NCBI GenBank assembly: GCA_976551045.1
Contig: CDPCPM010000016.1
Coordinates: 27,342,001-27,406,000 of the forward strand
Origin: Glaucostegus cemiculus
Lineage: Eukaryota
Direction: 5' to 3'
DNA: 64,000 nucleotides
In this document: piece by piece, positions 51,500 through 64,000 of the stretch
Numbering within the stretch: position 1 is the first letter of the stretch
Layout of the letters: each line of letters begins with the position of its first letter
Position numbers and translations under genes: made by a program
The notes under the pieces: generated by a model
Told to the model about the DNA's origin: nothing
The model's input: only the letters and a program-made list of their open reading frames with translations
The model's database searches: none

Positions 51500-53575
51500 A
51501 GAGAAAAATTAAAGCAGGAAGTTTAGAGCCAGTGACAATGAAAGAATGGCAGTATATTTCCACATCAGGATGGTGTGCAATTAGGATGGGCATGCAGGTG
51601 GTGGTCTTCCTAGTGGTAGAGGTCCAAGGTATAGAAGATGCTGTATGAGTAGTCGTAGCAAGTAACTGCATGGTATTTTGTGTATGGTACTTGCAATAGC
51701 CACCATGCACCAGTAGTAGAGAACGCATATTTAGGGCAATGAATGGGGTACCAATCAATATGCTGTTTTGTCCTGGATACTACTGAACTTCTGGTTGAAC
51801 ATTGTGTTGAAGTTGTATTCATCTAAGCAAGTGGAGAGAATTGCATCACACTCCCGAATTCTGAATGATGGTTGACAGGCCAAAACCTGAGACACTCAAT
51901 GCATGATACCAAGCCTCTGATCTACTCTTGTATCCATAATATTTACCTGACCAGTCAAGATGAGCTTCAACTCATTTGTGACCACAGGATGTGATGATGG
52001 ACATAATGGCCAACCACTGAATGTCAAGTTTAAGTAGTTAGAGCCTCTCTTGTTGGACATGGTCACGCCCTGGCACCCTGTGATGCAAATATTACTTGTC
52101 ACTTATCAGCCACTGTCTGAATAATGCCTAGGTCTTGTTGCACACAGGCATGATCTGTTTTATTTGCCAAGAAGTTGCAAATAGAATTGAATATTGCCTA
52201 GTCATCCACAAACATCCTCACTCCTGAGCTTATGGTGGAAAGAAGGTCACTAACAAAATAACTGAAGATGTTTGGGTCTCGGATACAACTCTGGAGTACA
52301 GTCCCTGAGAGGAATTATTAAACTCCTTTAACAGCAGCTATATTCCTTTGTCCCAGTTATGACTCCAGACATTCAGATGTTTACCCCCATTGACTTTGTT
52401 TTGCTTGATCTCCTCGCTGCCACATTCAGTTAAATAACACCTCCATATTAAAGGCAATCACTCTCACTTCCTCATTTCATTGGTCCAAGTCTGTGATAAG
52501 CTCTGCAACTGAAATAGTATCAGCTGAACCCAAATTAGGCACTAATGAACAGTTTATTATAAATAATGATATCACTTTGCTGATGATTGGAAGTAGACTG
52601 ACTGGGTGGTGTTTAGCTGGAATGAATTTGTCCAAGTGATTATTTTTTCCATGTTATTGGTTGGTTGCCAATGTATAACTGCTGGTAGAGCTTAACTTAA
52701 AGAACAGCCAGTGCAAGTGCAAGTCCTCAGTACTATGACTGGGATGTTGTCTATTCCTGCACTCTTTGTTGTATAAAGTGGCCTCAGCTGTTTCTTAATG
52801 TCAAGTGGACCGAATCAAGTTATCTGAAGACCAGCTTCTATGATGATGTGAGTATTAGAAGGAAGTGAGATAGATCATCTACCCAGCATTTCTGGCTGAA
52901 CATGGTTGTAGATGCTTCAGCTTTGTATTTAGCATGCTGGGGTCACCATCATTGAAGATGAAGTTGTTCTTAGAGCAACCACCTCCCATTTATCTGTGCC
53001 TCTACCACCATTCCTGACTGGATGTGGCAGGACTGCAGACATTTGATCTGATCCATTGGCTACAGGATCATTTAGCTCTGTCAATTGCTTTTAACACACA
53101 TGAAGTTCTGTGGCAGCTTCACCAGATTGGTACCTCATTTTAAGTACACCCCATTGGGTGCTGGTCTCAGCATGTCACTCTTTGCTCCATGTGGAACCAG
53201 GGTTGACCCCTTGTTTTTATGTAAAGGTAGAATGATGGATATGTGGGCCATGAGCTTGCATAATGTGGTGGTGGTGTACATTGCTGCTGCTGTTGATGGA
53301 GTAAGGTCTCATCAATACCCAGTTGTGAATCTGGCAGCAATATCCTTCAGGACTCATTAAGCCCAGTCAGTGGTGGTGCTATCAAGCTACCGATTATGAT
53401 GGATATTGAAACATCCCCCGCCCCACAGAGTACATTTGTGCCCCTTCCACTTCCAGTGCTTCTTCCAAGTGTTCAAAGTGAAGAATGCACTGATTCAACA
53501 GCTGAGGAAAGACAGTGGGTGGAAAACGGGAGGAGGTTTCCTTGCCCATGTTTGGCCTGATGCCATGAAACTTAA
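51500..53575 (-). mobile_element. Long degenerate copy of the same CR1/Jockey-group LINE
   Basis: Homologous to 49560-49920; CQGVTMSNKR..NYLNLTF..G and TRVDQRLGI are RT-thumb-like. Confidence 0.65.
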
Positions 53576-53705
53576 AAGAATATCTGAAGATGAGAACAGA
53601 TGAGATATGTCAGTTAGTTCCAGTGTTCTGGGTGATATTCATCTAGCATCATCTTTAAAAGCAGAATTTTTTTTCACATTGTTGTTGTTTGAAGGGTCTT
53701 GCTTG

Positions 53706-53997
53706 GGCAGGCATGGTGGTAGAGCGGTTAGCATAATGCTATTACTGCGCCAGTGACGTGGGTTCAATTCTGGCCACTGTCTGTAAGGAGTTTGTACATT
53801 CTCCCTGTGTCTGTGTGGGTTTCCTCCGGGTGCTCTGGTTTCCTCCCACATTCCAAAGACGTACAAGTTAGGAAGTTGTGGGCATGCTATGTTGGTGCCG
53901 GAAGTGTGATGACACTTGTGGACTGCCCCAGAACACTATGCAAAAGATGTATTTTACTGTGTGTTTCGATGTACATGTAACTAATAAAAAGATATCT
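53706..53997 (+). mobile_element. Full-length tRNA-derived V-SINE
   Basis: TGGTAGAGCGG A-box, GGGTTCAATTC B-box, V-domain GTGGGTTTCCTCCGGGTGCTCTGGTTTCCTCCCACA, tail. Confidence 0.88.
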
Positions 53998-56169
53998 TAA
54001 AATACAGTGCTAAACTGATGCAGGACTTTGTGTTTTCTTGATTTAAATTTGAATTCCTAATAACGTGTAAAGCCACAGCTTTAAGGGTTGAATGATGCTG
54101 TCTATCTGGCAAAACTCCACATGAAGCATGGATTTGACTATTACCTAATCTAACAGAAATGCAGTTAAATACAAACACAAATGTTGATGATGCTGTCAAA
54201 ACCTTGAGCCAATTTATGTATGGATTTTTCTGGTATTGACACACTTGTGATGGAGCACATATACTAATCTGAAACTGCCGCACATTTGTTTGGATAACTC
54301 CACAACCCCTCCCCTGGAGCTCTCACTATCCATTAAGAGGTCTTTGGAGCTGAGAAAAACACTTCCATTGGCTCACACTGGCACAGACTTTCAAAGAGTG
54401 CACAATTAAAGAGAAATGAGAGTATAAGAAGTTGCAATCTCAGAGCAAGTTTGAGTTATTAACACAATCTCAACCTTATTGTGAGGGAGAGATGTACCAT
54501 CCCTCTGTACTATATCACAGCAACAATGTGGAAAATGTGTTTAAATGCCAGAAACTTCTGACTTAGGAGAAAAACAGTTATCAACTGAGCCAGGTTGGTT
54601 CTATGGTTTTCACATTGGACTCAAATTCCTTCTCTAATCAAAGCCTTGAACACACAATCCCCAAAGGACAACTTTCCACAGAGCCATCTGGCACCTCAAT
54701 ACTTATTCTGCAAGTCTATTGGTTTATGGGAATACATATGCATTTAAATTTATGGTAGCACATTAATTGCATAACATTTCCTTTATAAGCTCTGGAATGA
54801 AACCTCATAACAGAATACTGGTCTTAGAATTTAATTGCTGGATTTTGTGCTCTGCATGTGGGCAATAATTAACAGGCCACATCAAGCAAATTTGTGTTGC
54901 TGGCTTACCTATTCCTATTCATTTGAATGGAGTTACTAACTCTGTGGAAAAAGAATACAGATAAGTACTTGACTTATTCTACTTCTGTTTTATTTTGTAG
55001 TATTTTACTATGTTTTGAAATATTTCTTCTAAAATGTTTAAATACTTAACTCAATTCAAAATCCTTTGACAGCTCTCAAGGGCATCAGCGTAAGCCAGGG
55101 ACAGGCCCTCAGCTGTAGGTCACCTAAAGCCTATTCACTCCTCAGAACCCACTCCACCTCATTAGGCACCTCTTGGGTACAGAGATTCAAGCCATTTGGT
55201 CTTCTACATCTGGAAAAGTTAAGTGTGGGTGGACAGTCACGGTGAGCAGCACGTCCAGGCAGCAGACCTGATCAAGCAATACTTGCCTCAAGATTGAAAT
55301 AAAGGCTGGAATAGTTTATTAAAATACATTCTGGTCTATCTGAACATTTTAGGAGAGAATTCAGCCTTTGCCTTTCATCAGATGGATTAAAGATTTTCTT
55401 GAACTGCTAGATTACATTCCTTTCTCTGAGCTTTCTTATTGGTATTTAAAATCAAACAAACTTATTTAATTCAAACTCATCATAGGCATACTTTATTTCA
55501 AATAAATCTAAATTATGGAGGCAACAAGGAAGAAATAATCAGCACTGTAGATCTGATTGGGAATAGGTAGGAGCTAAGTTACTTGGAGGCACTGAAGTGT
55601 GACACTAAGAATGTTAGAAAATATTCTGATGTAAGTTTTTAAATCGGTTGATATATCTTTCTATCAGATTTGGTTTATAGGTGATGTACATATGTTTATC
55701 TCAGTTTTTGTAGCATTTCAATCTGGTGCAGTGTGCTACTGGCCAGTCTAGACTGAGAATCATTTACTTTGAAGGGGCTTGAGAAATAGAATCTTATTCT
55801 AATTGCACTGATTATGGATTTAGTCTGGAAAATCAGTAAAATTAGACTTTTCCAAATGAGTAAACGTTCTGGTTAAGAGCATGTAACCTGATGTTTGGGC
55901 ATCAAAATTTTAATGCATGGGATCATTGGCTTGGATTGTTTGGAAGAAATTTGGCTTTAATCCTGGCAGTGTTTTATTTTAAGGATTCATCTCAAAAGCC
56001 CTTCAAAAAACAAGCTGAATGGGAGATAAAGTTGAGTGATTCCATTTGACACCATTCCCATTCAGGGTGTGTTGAACCCTCTTGTTTTTTCTATTAGGGG
56101 ATATACCTGCCTGACTTAGACAGGAGCCCATAATCTGAATTTGAAGATGTACATAAACACCATTGCATG

Positions 56170-56520
56170 TCAGTATGCTTCTGCTTAGGGAGTTCCTCGG
56201 GATCAAGGATGACCTGGTTCCATTCGGGTTCTGAGCTGACTGATGATACCAATGTGAGAACAAATGAGGCAGGAGATGTCCAACGGGTGAGTAGTTTGTG
56301 AGGTGGTGTTTTCTGTCCACTGTTTATTGCTGAGTTCTTGAGTGCTCCTGATGCATGGATGTGAGGTTCTCAATGCCATCCCAAATACCCCTCCTCCATT
56401 TTGAGTAGTCCTGGCCAAGGGATTCCCATTAGTTATGGGGGATGTTGCTTTCTTCAAGGAAACTTTGAGAACATCCTTGAATCTTTTCCACTGTTCCCCA
56501 GATGTTTTGCTATGGCACAA
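56170..56520 (-). mobile_element. RTE-clade (BovB-like) LINE 3' fragment
   Basis: GEQWKRFKDVLKVSLKK matches the RTE C-terminal motif GGQxKRFKDxLKxxLK. Confidence 0.7.
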
Positions 56521-57184
56521 TAGAGTGCCTGCTTCAGTGAGATGTCCTCAACAGGTGGCTTGTCCAGAAATAAACAGAAGATGTTTTAAGCTTAATTTGC
56601 TCAGGCCAGGAATAGAAGACAAGTATTTCTCCAAAGTCCCTGTCTTTTGAATCTTCACAACTGGCCTTTCTCACACCAGGGAGTTGCTGCTGAAATAACC
56701 TTAATCCTAGATGAGTTACTACAGTGCATCCTGTCAACTCTACACATTGCAGCCATAGTGGAATAAACAGGATAGATATTGATGCTGGTCACAAATGCAG
56801 GAACTGATCTATCCTGAACGCTGGAGACCTTTTTAAGTATTTTTAAAGCTGCGCTCATGAAGACAATTTACCCATGAGGGTTAATAACATTAAAAGAACA
56901 AGAAGATTTCCTATCTTTAGCAATTCTAATAAAAGACATTTACAAGAATCAGTGACCAAACTAATTCTCTTTTACTATAGCAAACATTGGATGGAAAGAG
57001 AGAGATCAACCTCCCAACTCCATTTCCGGAGAAGTGAGCTTCTGGAAAATATTGTTTATAAGGACTGATCTTTTAAAAAAAATAGTTTTGTTTGGCCTAA
57101 CACAGAATTAAGCAGATGGGTTTTTTTCTGGATAATGAGCTCTGTTGCCAATATAAAATATGCAGAGAATATGAACCCAAATCA

Positions 57185-57300
57185 AAATACTGCAGATGCC
57201 AGAAATCTGAAATGAAAGCAGAGCTACACAGCTAGCCACTCAGTATCAGTGGAGGCAGCAGCCAAGGTAATATTTTTGTTGCATATCCTTTCTCAGAATT
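57185..57300 (-). mobile_element. Penelope-derived terminal-repeat fragment
   Basis: ACTGCAGATGCCAGAAATCTGAAATGAAAGCAG... Confidence 0.5.
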
Positions 57301-57779
57301 CAGGAAATCTGTTTGTGTGGACCCAGTATATGGATGTGTGATGAGGGCCTAAATGATGCAGATTTTAATCTTTATTAAAATCTGGGTTTGATTTAGTAAA
57401 AGAGTTTCATGAATCTATGCAGAACGCACTGATGCATTTTGTTAATCTTATTTTTGTATATATAGTATTAAACTCTATCAGATGACTTATATACAGGATA
57501 GACACTTTTTTCCTGTTTATAAAAGCAGAAACAAAATTTGGATCTGATTCACAGGCTTTCTTCCAAAACCACATCTCTCTCATTAAATGTTACTTCTGGA
57601 TACTTTTCTGTGCACATATGTGCTTTCTGCTTATCGATGTCAACATGAGGGAAAGGATTAAATTATATATTTTTTGGCCAATCACTGTCAGGACTGACGG
57701 AGCATAAAACTCCCTTTATTCCATCTGTACAATACTCAAAAGGACAGTCTCCAACAACACCAGAACTGAAAATGATTTA

Positions 57780-58770
57780 TGAAGTGAGAAACACAAAAAA
57801 AAATACAGAGGCTAGACAATGCACTTCTACTGCAGTTGTTTCATAGACGTAAGATTGGGTTGAAGCATCCGATGGTTTACTCTGTGAATGTTGGTCTGAG
57901 GCTCGATGATCAGAAGGACTCCTAGTGCCATGAAGTTGGCAGAGCTGCTGTGGTGAGCTTCTAATAGTGAATGCTGGAAAAGAGATTACAATAATGGTCT
58001 CATCTTTGTCACCAACAGAATTGAAACATTAAGCAGCAAGATGACCTTTGGTCCAATCCTACATTCACGTTACCGCCCCATTGGGGTCCATGGCCAACCA
58101 GCTGGAATGACAAAAGTTTGAACCTTACCATCATTGTTTCAGTTTCAAGAAAGCAAACTGGCAAAATTTCAGAGCCTACCTTGACAAAGCAGTGGTAGAA
58201 ATCAAACCTCACCTAGAAAACTGAGCAGTCTGTTAAAGTGGTGAAATATGCTGCCAGAATATACATTCCATGAAGCTGCTGAATAAACCACATACCAGGA
58301 ATCAAACCAGACTTGGCCAACTACATATGAGAATTACATTCAAATGTGCAAAACTGATCTTTTCATGGAAGCCAGTTTGGAAAAGGTGAAGAGCCTGCTG
58401 CTGGACTGACAGAAAAGCGCCAAAAATTATGGTAGAAATTGGTAGAAAATACAAATATGACACATAATAGCATGAAAACTTGATCAACAGTTTAGAAAAC
58501 GAGGATGACCCACAGAAAACAAAACACTACAGCATAATACTAACTAGATGGCACAAGAACTGCTTAAAAATGACGAACCACCAGGCGCACAGTGAGGACT
58601 GAAACAACAATGACAACAACTTCAATGACCACGTAAAAACAAATGGAAGAATTAATCCATGACATGAAAAATGGCAAAGTCTGAGATCTTGACAATATAT
58701 GCACTGAACAGATAAATAAAATTGGGTTGATAATGAACAACTGGTGGCTGAAACTGTTCAATGTCTACAC
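57780..58770 (+). mobile_element. Degenerate Vingi/Ingi-type LINE, endonuclease and linker region
   Basis: NSECWKRDYNNGLIFV (cf. NSxRWKRGYNPDLIFV), PILHSRYRPI, FSFKKANWQNF, MKNGKV*DLDNICTEQINKIG. Confidence 0.6.
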
Positions 58771-58774
58771 AAGA

Positions 58775-61700
58775 TAAGAGACAAAATTGGGGTTGAGGTA
58801 TAGGCCCTCAAATTGGGGTTGTACTATAGACACCAAATAGTGAATGGGACTTAGAGGAACAAATATCCAGGGAGACTGTGGATAGTTGCAAGAATAATGG
58901 AGTTGCCATAGTAAGAGATTTTAACTTTCCTAACTTAGACTGGGACTGCCATAGTTTTAAGGGTTTTGTTGGAGTGGAGTTTGTTAAGTGTGTTCAGGAA
59001 AGTTTCCTCAAGAGGACCTTATATATAGTCCTCTATATAGGACCCTATATAGATGGCCCTACTAGGGAGAAGGCAAAGCTCAACCTACCCTAGGGTAATA
59101 AGACAGGACAAGTGACTGAGGTGACAGTGGGGAACATTTTGGGACCAGTGACCATAGCTCTTTTAGTTTTAAAATAGTTATGAAGAGAGATGAACTGGTC
59201 CACAGGTTCAAGTCCTAATACGAGTTAAGGCAACTTTTGACAGTATTAGGCAGGGGCTTGCAAAGGTTGATTGGAGTAGGTTGTTTGTGGACAGAGGGGC
59301 CTCCAGCAAGTGGGAGGCTTTTAAAAGTGAGATAGTGAAAGCTCAAGGTCTGCATATTCCTCTTAGAGTGAAGGGCAAGACCGGAAGGAGTAGGACTACA
59401 TGAAATATTATGGGTGATTTCAGGAGGACTGGCAAGCATGATCATACTATTGATGATGCTGCTGTGGAGGGGGTCAGCAACATTAAGTTCCTGGGGGTTC
59501 ACCTAGCGGATGATCTGACCTCTACTATTAATACTGCAGCCGCCATTAAAAAAGCCCAGCAACAGCTTTGCCCCCTCCGGAGACTCAGAAAGGCAGGCCT
59601 CCCTACTCCACACCTCATCACTTTTTACAGGGGCACCATTGAAAGCATCCTGACCTACTGCCTCACCTCCTAGTCTGGTAGCTGCAAGGCCTATGAACGA
59701 CAGCAGCTCACTAGGATGGTGAAGACAGCTGGCAGGATCATTGGTGCCCCTCTCCCCTCTTTGATGGAGATTTATCAGCAAAGCTGCATTCGCAGAGCTA
59801 CGGCCATCATTAAGGACTGTCATCACCCTTCTCATGACCTGTTTTCCCTCCTGCCATTGGGGAAGAGGTATAGGAGCATCTGCTCTAGATCTAGTAGGAT
59901 GCTGAACAGCTTTTTCCCACAGTCAGGATCATAAATGGACTGTGTCTCCTTCCACTTCCACCGACAAGCTCTCCCTCCACACACACGTATATACGCACAT
60001 CAATACAGAAACAGTTTGATAGTTAGTTACCTGATAAGTTGAACTTCATCTTGAACTGAACAAGCACTTATTAATACATAAATGCACTTTAACAGATATG
60101 AATATGTGGTGTTGATATGTTTTTAGTTTTGTTTTAGAGATGTTTTTATGGACTATTTTAGATATTTATCACTGTCCTTTTTGTTGCACTGATATGAGCT
60201 GGTAAGAAACTATTTTGGTTTTTTTTTGTATGTAAATACTCAGAGAAATGACAATAAAGGAAATCTTGAATCTTGATATTAAGGACCTGGTCTGGAAAAA
60301 GGAGGCATGGATCAGGTACAGGCAGGTGGTATCAAGGGATTCCCTGGAGGAATATAGGGAATGCAGGAATATATTCAAGAAGGAAATCAGGAGGGCAAAA
60401 AGGGGGCGTGAAATAAAGAGAATCCAAAGAAATTTTATATTAAGAGAGTAACTAGAGAGAGAATAGGGCCTCCTCATCTTTGTGTAGAGCCACAAGAGAT
60501 GGGCAAGGTCCTTGATGAATATTTATCCTTTGTTTTTACCATGGAAAAAGACATGAAGACTTCGGAACTAGGGAGAGTAAATGGGGATGTCTTGGGGATA
60601 TCCTCATTATAGTACAGAAGGTGCTGGACATCTTAGAAGATATGAAGGTCGACAGATCTCCAAGGCCTGACCAGGGATCTCCAAGAACACTGTGGGAGGC
60701 TGGAGAAGAAATTGCAGGTGCCCTGACTGAGATATTTGCATCATCGTTAGCCACGGGTGAGGTGCCGGATAACTGAAGGGTTGCGAATGTTGTGCCCTTA
60801 TTTAAGGGTGGTAAAGAAAAAAACTGGGAACTGTAGATCTGTAGATCTGTAAGCCTAACATCTGTGGTAGGTAAGTTACTGGAGGGGATTCTGAGGGGTA
60901 AGATATACATGCATCTGGAAAGATAGGGATTGATTAGGGGTAGTCAGCACAGCTTAGTGCATGGGAGATCACTTTTTACAAACTTGATTGTGATTTTTGA
61001 TTAAGTGACCAAAAAGGTCAATGAGCAGGGCAGTAGTTGTGGTTTATTTAGATTTAAGTATGGCCCTTACTAAGGTTCCACATGGTAGGCTGCTCTGGAA
61101 GGTTAGATTGTATAAAATCCAGGGAGAACTGGCTAATTGAATACACAATTGGTTTGATGGTAGAAAGCAGAGGGTGGTAGTGGAAGGTTGTTTCTCAGAC
61201 TGCAGGCCAGTGACTAGTGGTGTGCCTCAGGGTTTGCTGCTGGGCCCATTGCTAATTGTCATCTATATCAACAATTTGGATGAGAATGCACAAGGCATTG
61301 TTAGTAAGTTTGTAGATGACACTAAAATAGTGGTATCATCGACGGTGAAGAAGGTTATCAATAATTGTAGGGGGATCATGATCAGCTGAGTAAGTACGCT
61401 GAGGAATGGCAAATGGAGTTTAATTTAGATTAGTGTGAGGTGTTGCATTTCAGAAAGTCAGATCAAGGCAGGAATTTCACAGTCAATGATAGGGCCCTGT
61501 GGAGTGTTGTAGAACAGAAGGCCCTCTGAGTTCAGAAACATTGTTCCCTGAAAGTGGAGTCGCAGGTAGGCAGGGTGGTGAAGACGGCTTTTGGTATGCT
61601 GATAAGGGCATTGAGTATGGAAGTTGGGAGCTTATGCTGCAATTGTATAAGATGCTGGTGAGGCCACACTTAGAGTATTATGTTGAGTTTTGGACCCCCT

Positions 61701-62012
61701 GCTACAGAAAAGTTGTTATTATATTGAAAAGAGTACAGAAAAGATTTACAAGGATGTTGCCAGGGTTTAAGGGATGAGTTATAGGGAGAGGTTGTACAGG
61801 TTAGCACTTCTTCACGCAGAGCATGGTGTGTAAATGGAACAAGTAGCCAGAAAATGTGGTTGAGGCAGGTACAGTAACAACTCCTAAAAGGCAGTTGGAC
61901 AGTTACATGGATAGGAAAGGTTCAGAAGGATAAGGGCCAAACATGGGCAAATGCGACTAGCTTGGATGGGTATGGTGGGCATGGACCAGTTGGGCAGAAG
62001 CCCTTCCATGTG
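58775..62012 (+). mobile_element. CR1 ORF2 (mid-APE to 3' end), interrupted by Rex1
   Basis: DFNFPNLDW..FVKCVQESFL, VTSGVPQG..LGPLL, SKFVDDTK, LYKMLVRPHLEY, RVQKRFTRMLPG. Confidence 0.9.
59397..60276 (+). mobile_element. 5'-truncated Rex1/Babar LINE inside CR1
   Basis: KFLGVHLADDL...KKAQQQL..LRRLRK...FYRGTIESIL; IIKD.HHPSHDLFSLLP.GKRYRS; tail ACAATAAAGG(AATCTTG)2. Confidence 0.88.
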
Positions 62013-62014
62013 CA

Positions 62015-62260
62015 GGAGGTCCTAAATTGTGGTCTTTCTCCACAGACCCTTTATAATGCTGAACCAAGATTCACTGTGTCTCTCAGCATGTCGTCTTTGA
62101 CCTTGGAATGACAGTTCCTTATACTGGACAACAAGCAAGTTTCAGCAGAGCAAAAGGAGTCTCTCATCAAGTTGATAATCATCCAGCAGCAGTTGGTGTT
62201 TGTCTCAGTATACATTCCTGGGAACAGCCCACAGAGCAAAGAGTCTTATGTTACACAGAT
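62015..62260 (-). mobile_element. Tx1/L1-clade LINE C-terminal fragment
   Basis: GLFPGMYTETNTNCCWMIIN...HSKVKDDMLRDTVNLGSA resembles a recalled Tx1-type ORF2 end. Confidence 0.55.
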
Positions 62261-62309
62261 TTGATGTCAAACTCGGAAGAAAATGCAACCCCTGATGTTG
62301 GCAATGTCC

Positions 62310-62600
62310 TGAGGAATTGCACTGCATCTCTGTTATTTAATGTTTATACAAATGACCAACCGATTCATCTGAACACATGCAGATTTATCTATTTGGATGA
62401 GCTGGTGATAGCAGCACAGGCAAGGGGCTCTGCCCAGCTCAAGCACACCAGAACAATTGCACCAGCCAGGCCTACTACTGTGCTGCTGCTTAACTTAAAG
62501 TAGACCTGAATAAATCAGAGGTCAGCCTTTTCTATCTGGGCAATTATCATAGGAATAAAAAGCATCAACTGTAAAAACACCCAGCTCACTCACAGTGCAA
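62310..62600 (+). mobile_element. Vingi/Ingi-type RT core fragment
   Basis: LLFNVYTNDQPIHLNTCRFIYLDELVIAAQ corresponds to LFNIYTNDQP...FIYADDL.IAAQ. Confidence 0.7.
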
Positions 62601-62604
62601 ACCT

Positions 62605-62975
62605 AGTTAGATTAGATTAGTTTATTGTCACCCACACCAAGGTACAATGAAATTTCTTGTTTGCATGAAGCTCACAGAGCAATCAGTATATATGGTAACA
62701 ATAAATACAATGATGAGTGCAAAACAGTAGAATTGTGCAAAGATTGTTATGCAATCTGAAGTAGTGCAAAAGAAAATGCTGAAGTAACAATAATGGAATA
62801 ACTGAGAGAGGTAGATTTACAAGTATGAGAATGAGAGTGTGGCAGCACCACCAGGGAGGCAGTGTGGAAGAGGTGATTGGTTCAGAAGTCTGATGGCAGT
62901 GGGGAAGAAGCTCTTCTTGGGCTCTCCAGCTTCTATTTCTTCTCCCAGTAGAAGAGAGAAACGGGAATAGCCAAG
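62605..62975 (-). mobile_element. Rex1/Babar 3' fragment
   Basis: HLGYSRFSLL...KKSFFPTAIRLLN; (ATTAG)n tail next to TTTATTGTCA. Confidence 0.75.
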
Positions 62976-63329
62976 GTGGCAGGTATCCTTCATGTTACTA
63001 CTAATCTTCCAAAGCAACGCACTGTAAAGATGGACTGGACTGTGAAACAGTATTCAATGGTGGGCATTGCAAATTTTGAGCCAGAAGTACACCAGTCACC
63101 AACTACTAAATGCTCAGTGCCTGGACCTGATACAGGTATTAGGCCTTCCCTTTTACTAATGGTGAGGTGACCTAACACATGCCTGTGACTCCACTTCTGA
63201 TGTCAGGTTCCCGAAAACAGCCAGTGCATGTCCACACACGTCTTACCCAGAGGTGTGGAAGAAAGTACAGTGGAGCCTGCAACTAAAAATGTTGCATATA
63301 ATTAGTTAATTAAATTTGGGATGGTGAGG

Positions 63330-63720
63330 AGCAGGATCACTGCAGATTCTGAAGATAAATGCCTATCCCTGAACACCTCACCTGAACAACCCTCTCTGTG
63401 CATGATTGTCCACATTCCTGACTACCCCTGCCTCCTTCTGAACTACTTCACTCCATTCCCAGGACCAAGGATTACTTCCAACTTCATCCTCACAGATTCA
63501 GCAAGGTGTCTCTGGATTATAATCCTCATTTTCCCAGCAATGTGGTATTGAAGTTCAACTGTGGATCATCCTCATGCTGTCAAGCGTCCGAAGGCATATT
63601 CCCAATGTGCCATCTACTTCAGCCCCAAATATGGTGAAAATGAATTTCTGCCTCATGGAATGCTGCGTGGTTATTATCACAAAATGCACACAGCTTTCAG
63701 TTTGGAATTTACAAATTGTT
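63330..63720 (+). mobile_element. Highly decayed Penelope endonuclease-region remnant
   Basis: Short residual motifs only (TSNFI, a Cys-Gly, terminal LEFTN) in the expected order. Confidence 0.35.
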
Positions 63721-64000
63721 TACATTTTTTTGCCATGTTTGTGAATTTCTTTATAGATGCTGTCCTAAAATATAAAACTGCAGAAATAAAACATTGTACT
63801 TTCCCTCAGATTGCCTTGACATTACTTTTTTGGATGTGGGTACTAAGTGTGGTCTTTCCAGTTACTTGAACACCTGTGATGGAAAACTGAAACTGAGTCA
63901 ACTCTCTATTACAGACTGATGATTAAATGTCTAAATTTTGGCAGCTCCATAACAAAAGAAATCTTGGAATGGATATAAGGAACTTAGTTATCTCATATCA

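Overview
Vertebrate (not prokaryotic) genomic DNA. The repeat content (HE1/V-type SINEs, abundant CR1, Rex1/Babar, Penelope-derived repeats) points to a cartilaginous fish, probably a ray or shark; this is an inference. The only host gene I can support is the 3' end of NT5DC1 on the + strand: three coding exons (20800-20964, 27686-27854, 47256-47377) with canonical splice sites and consistent phases, followed by an AT-rich 3' UTR. Positions 1-20799 are presumably one long intron and about 48.6-64 kb is intergenic. Most ORFs I can assign are transposon remnants: a near full-length CR1, a near full-length Rex1/Babar carrying a solo LTR, Vingi, Tx1, RTE and L2 pieces, Tc1/pogo-type MITEs and SINEs, often nested. 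There is one 167-N gap. I found no convincing new protein-coding system. The best leads are in transposon biology: two antisense CR1-into-CR1 insertions at the same homologous site, a LINE bracketed by duplicated copies of its own 3' end, V-SINEs with swapped LINE tails, and palindromic Penelope repeats with decayed hammerhead ribozyme cores. Family names come from recalled motifs, not database searches, and repeat boundaries are approximate unless a target-site duplication (TSD) or terminal inverted repeat (TIR) is quoted.
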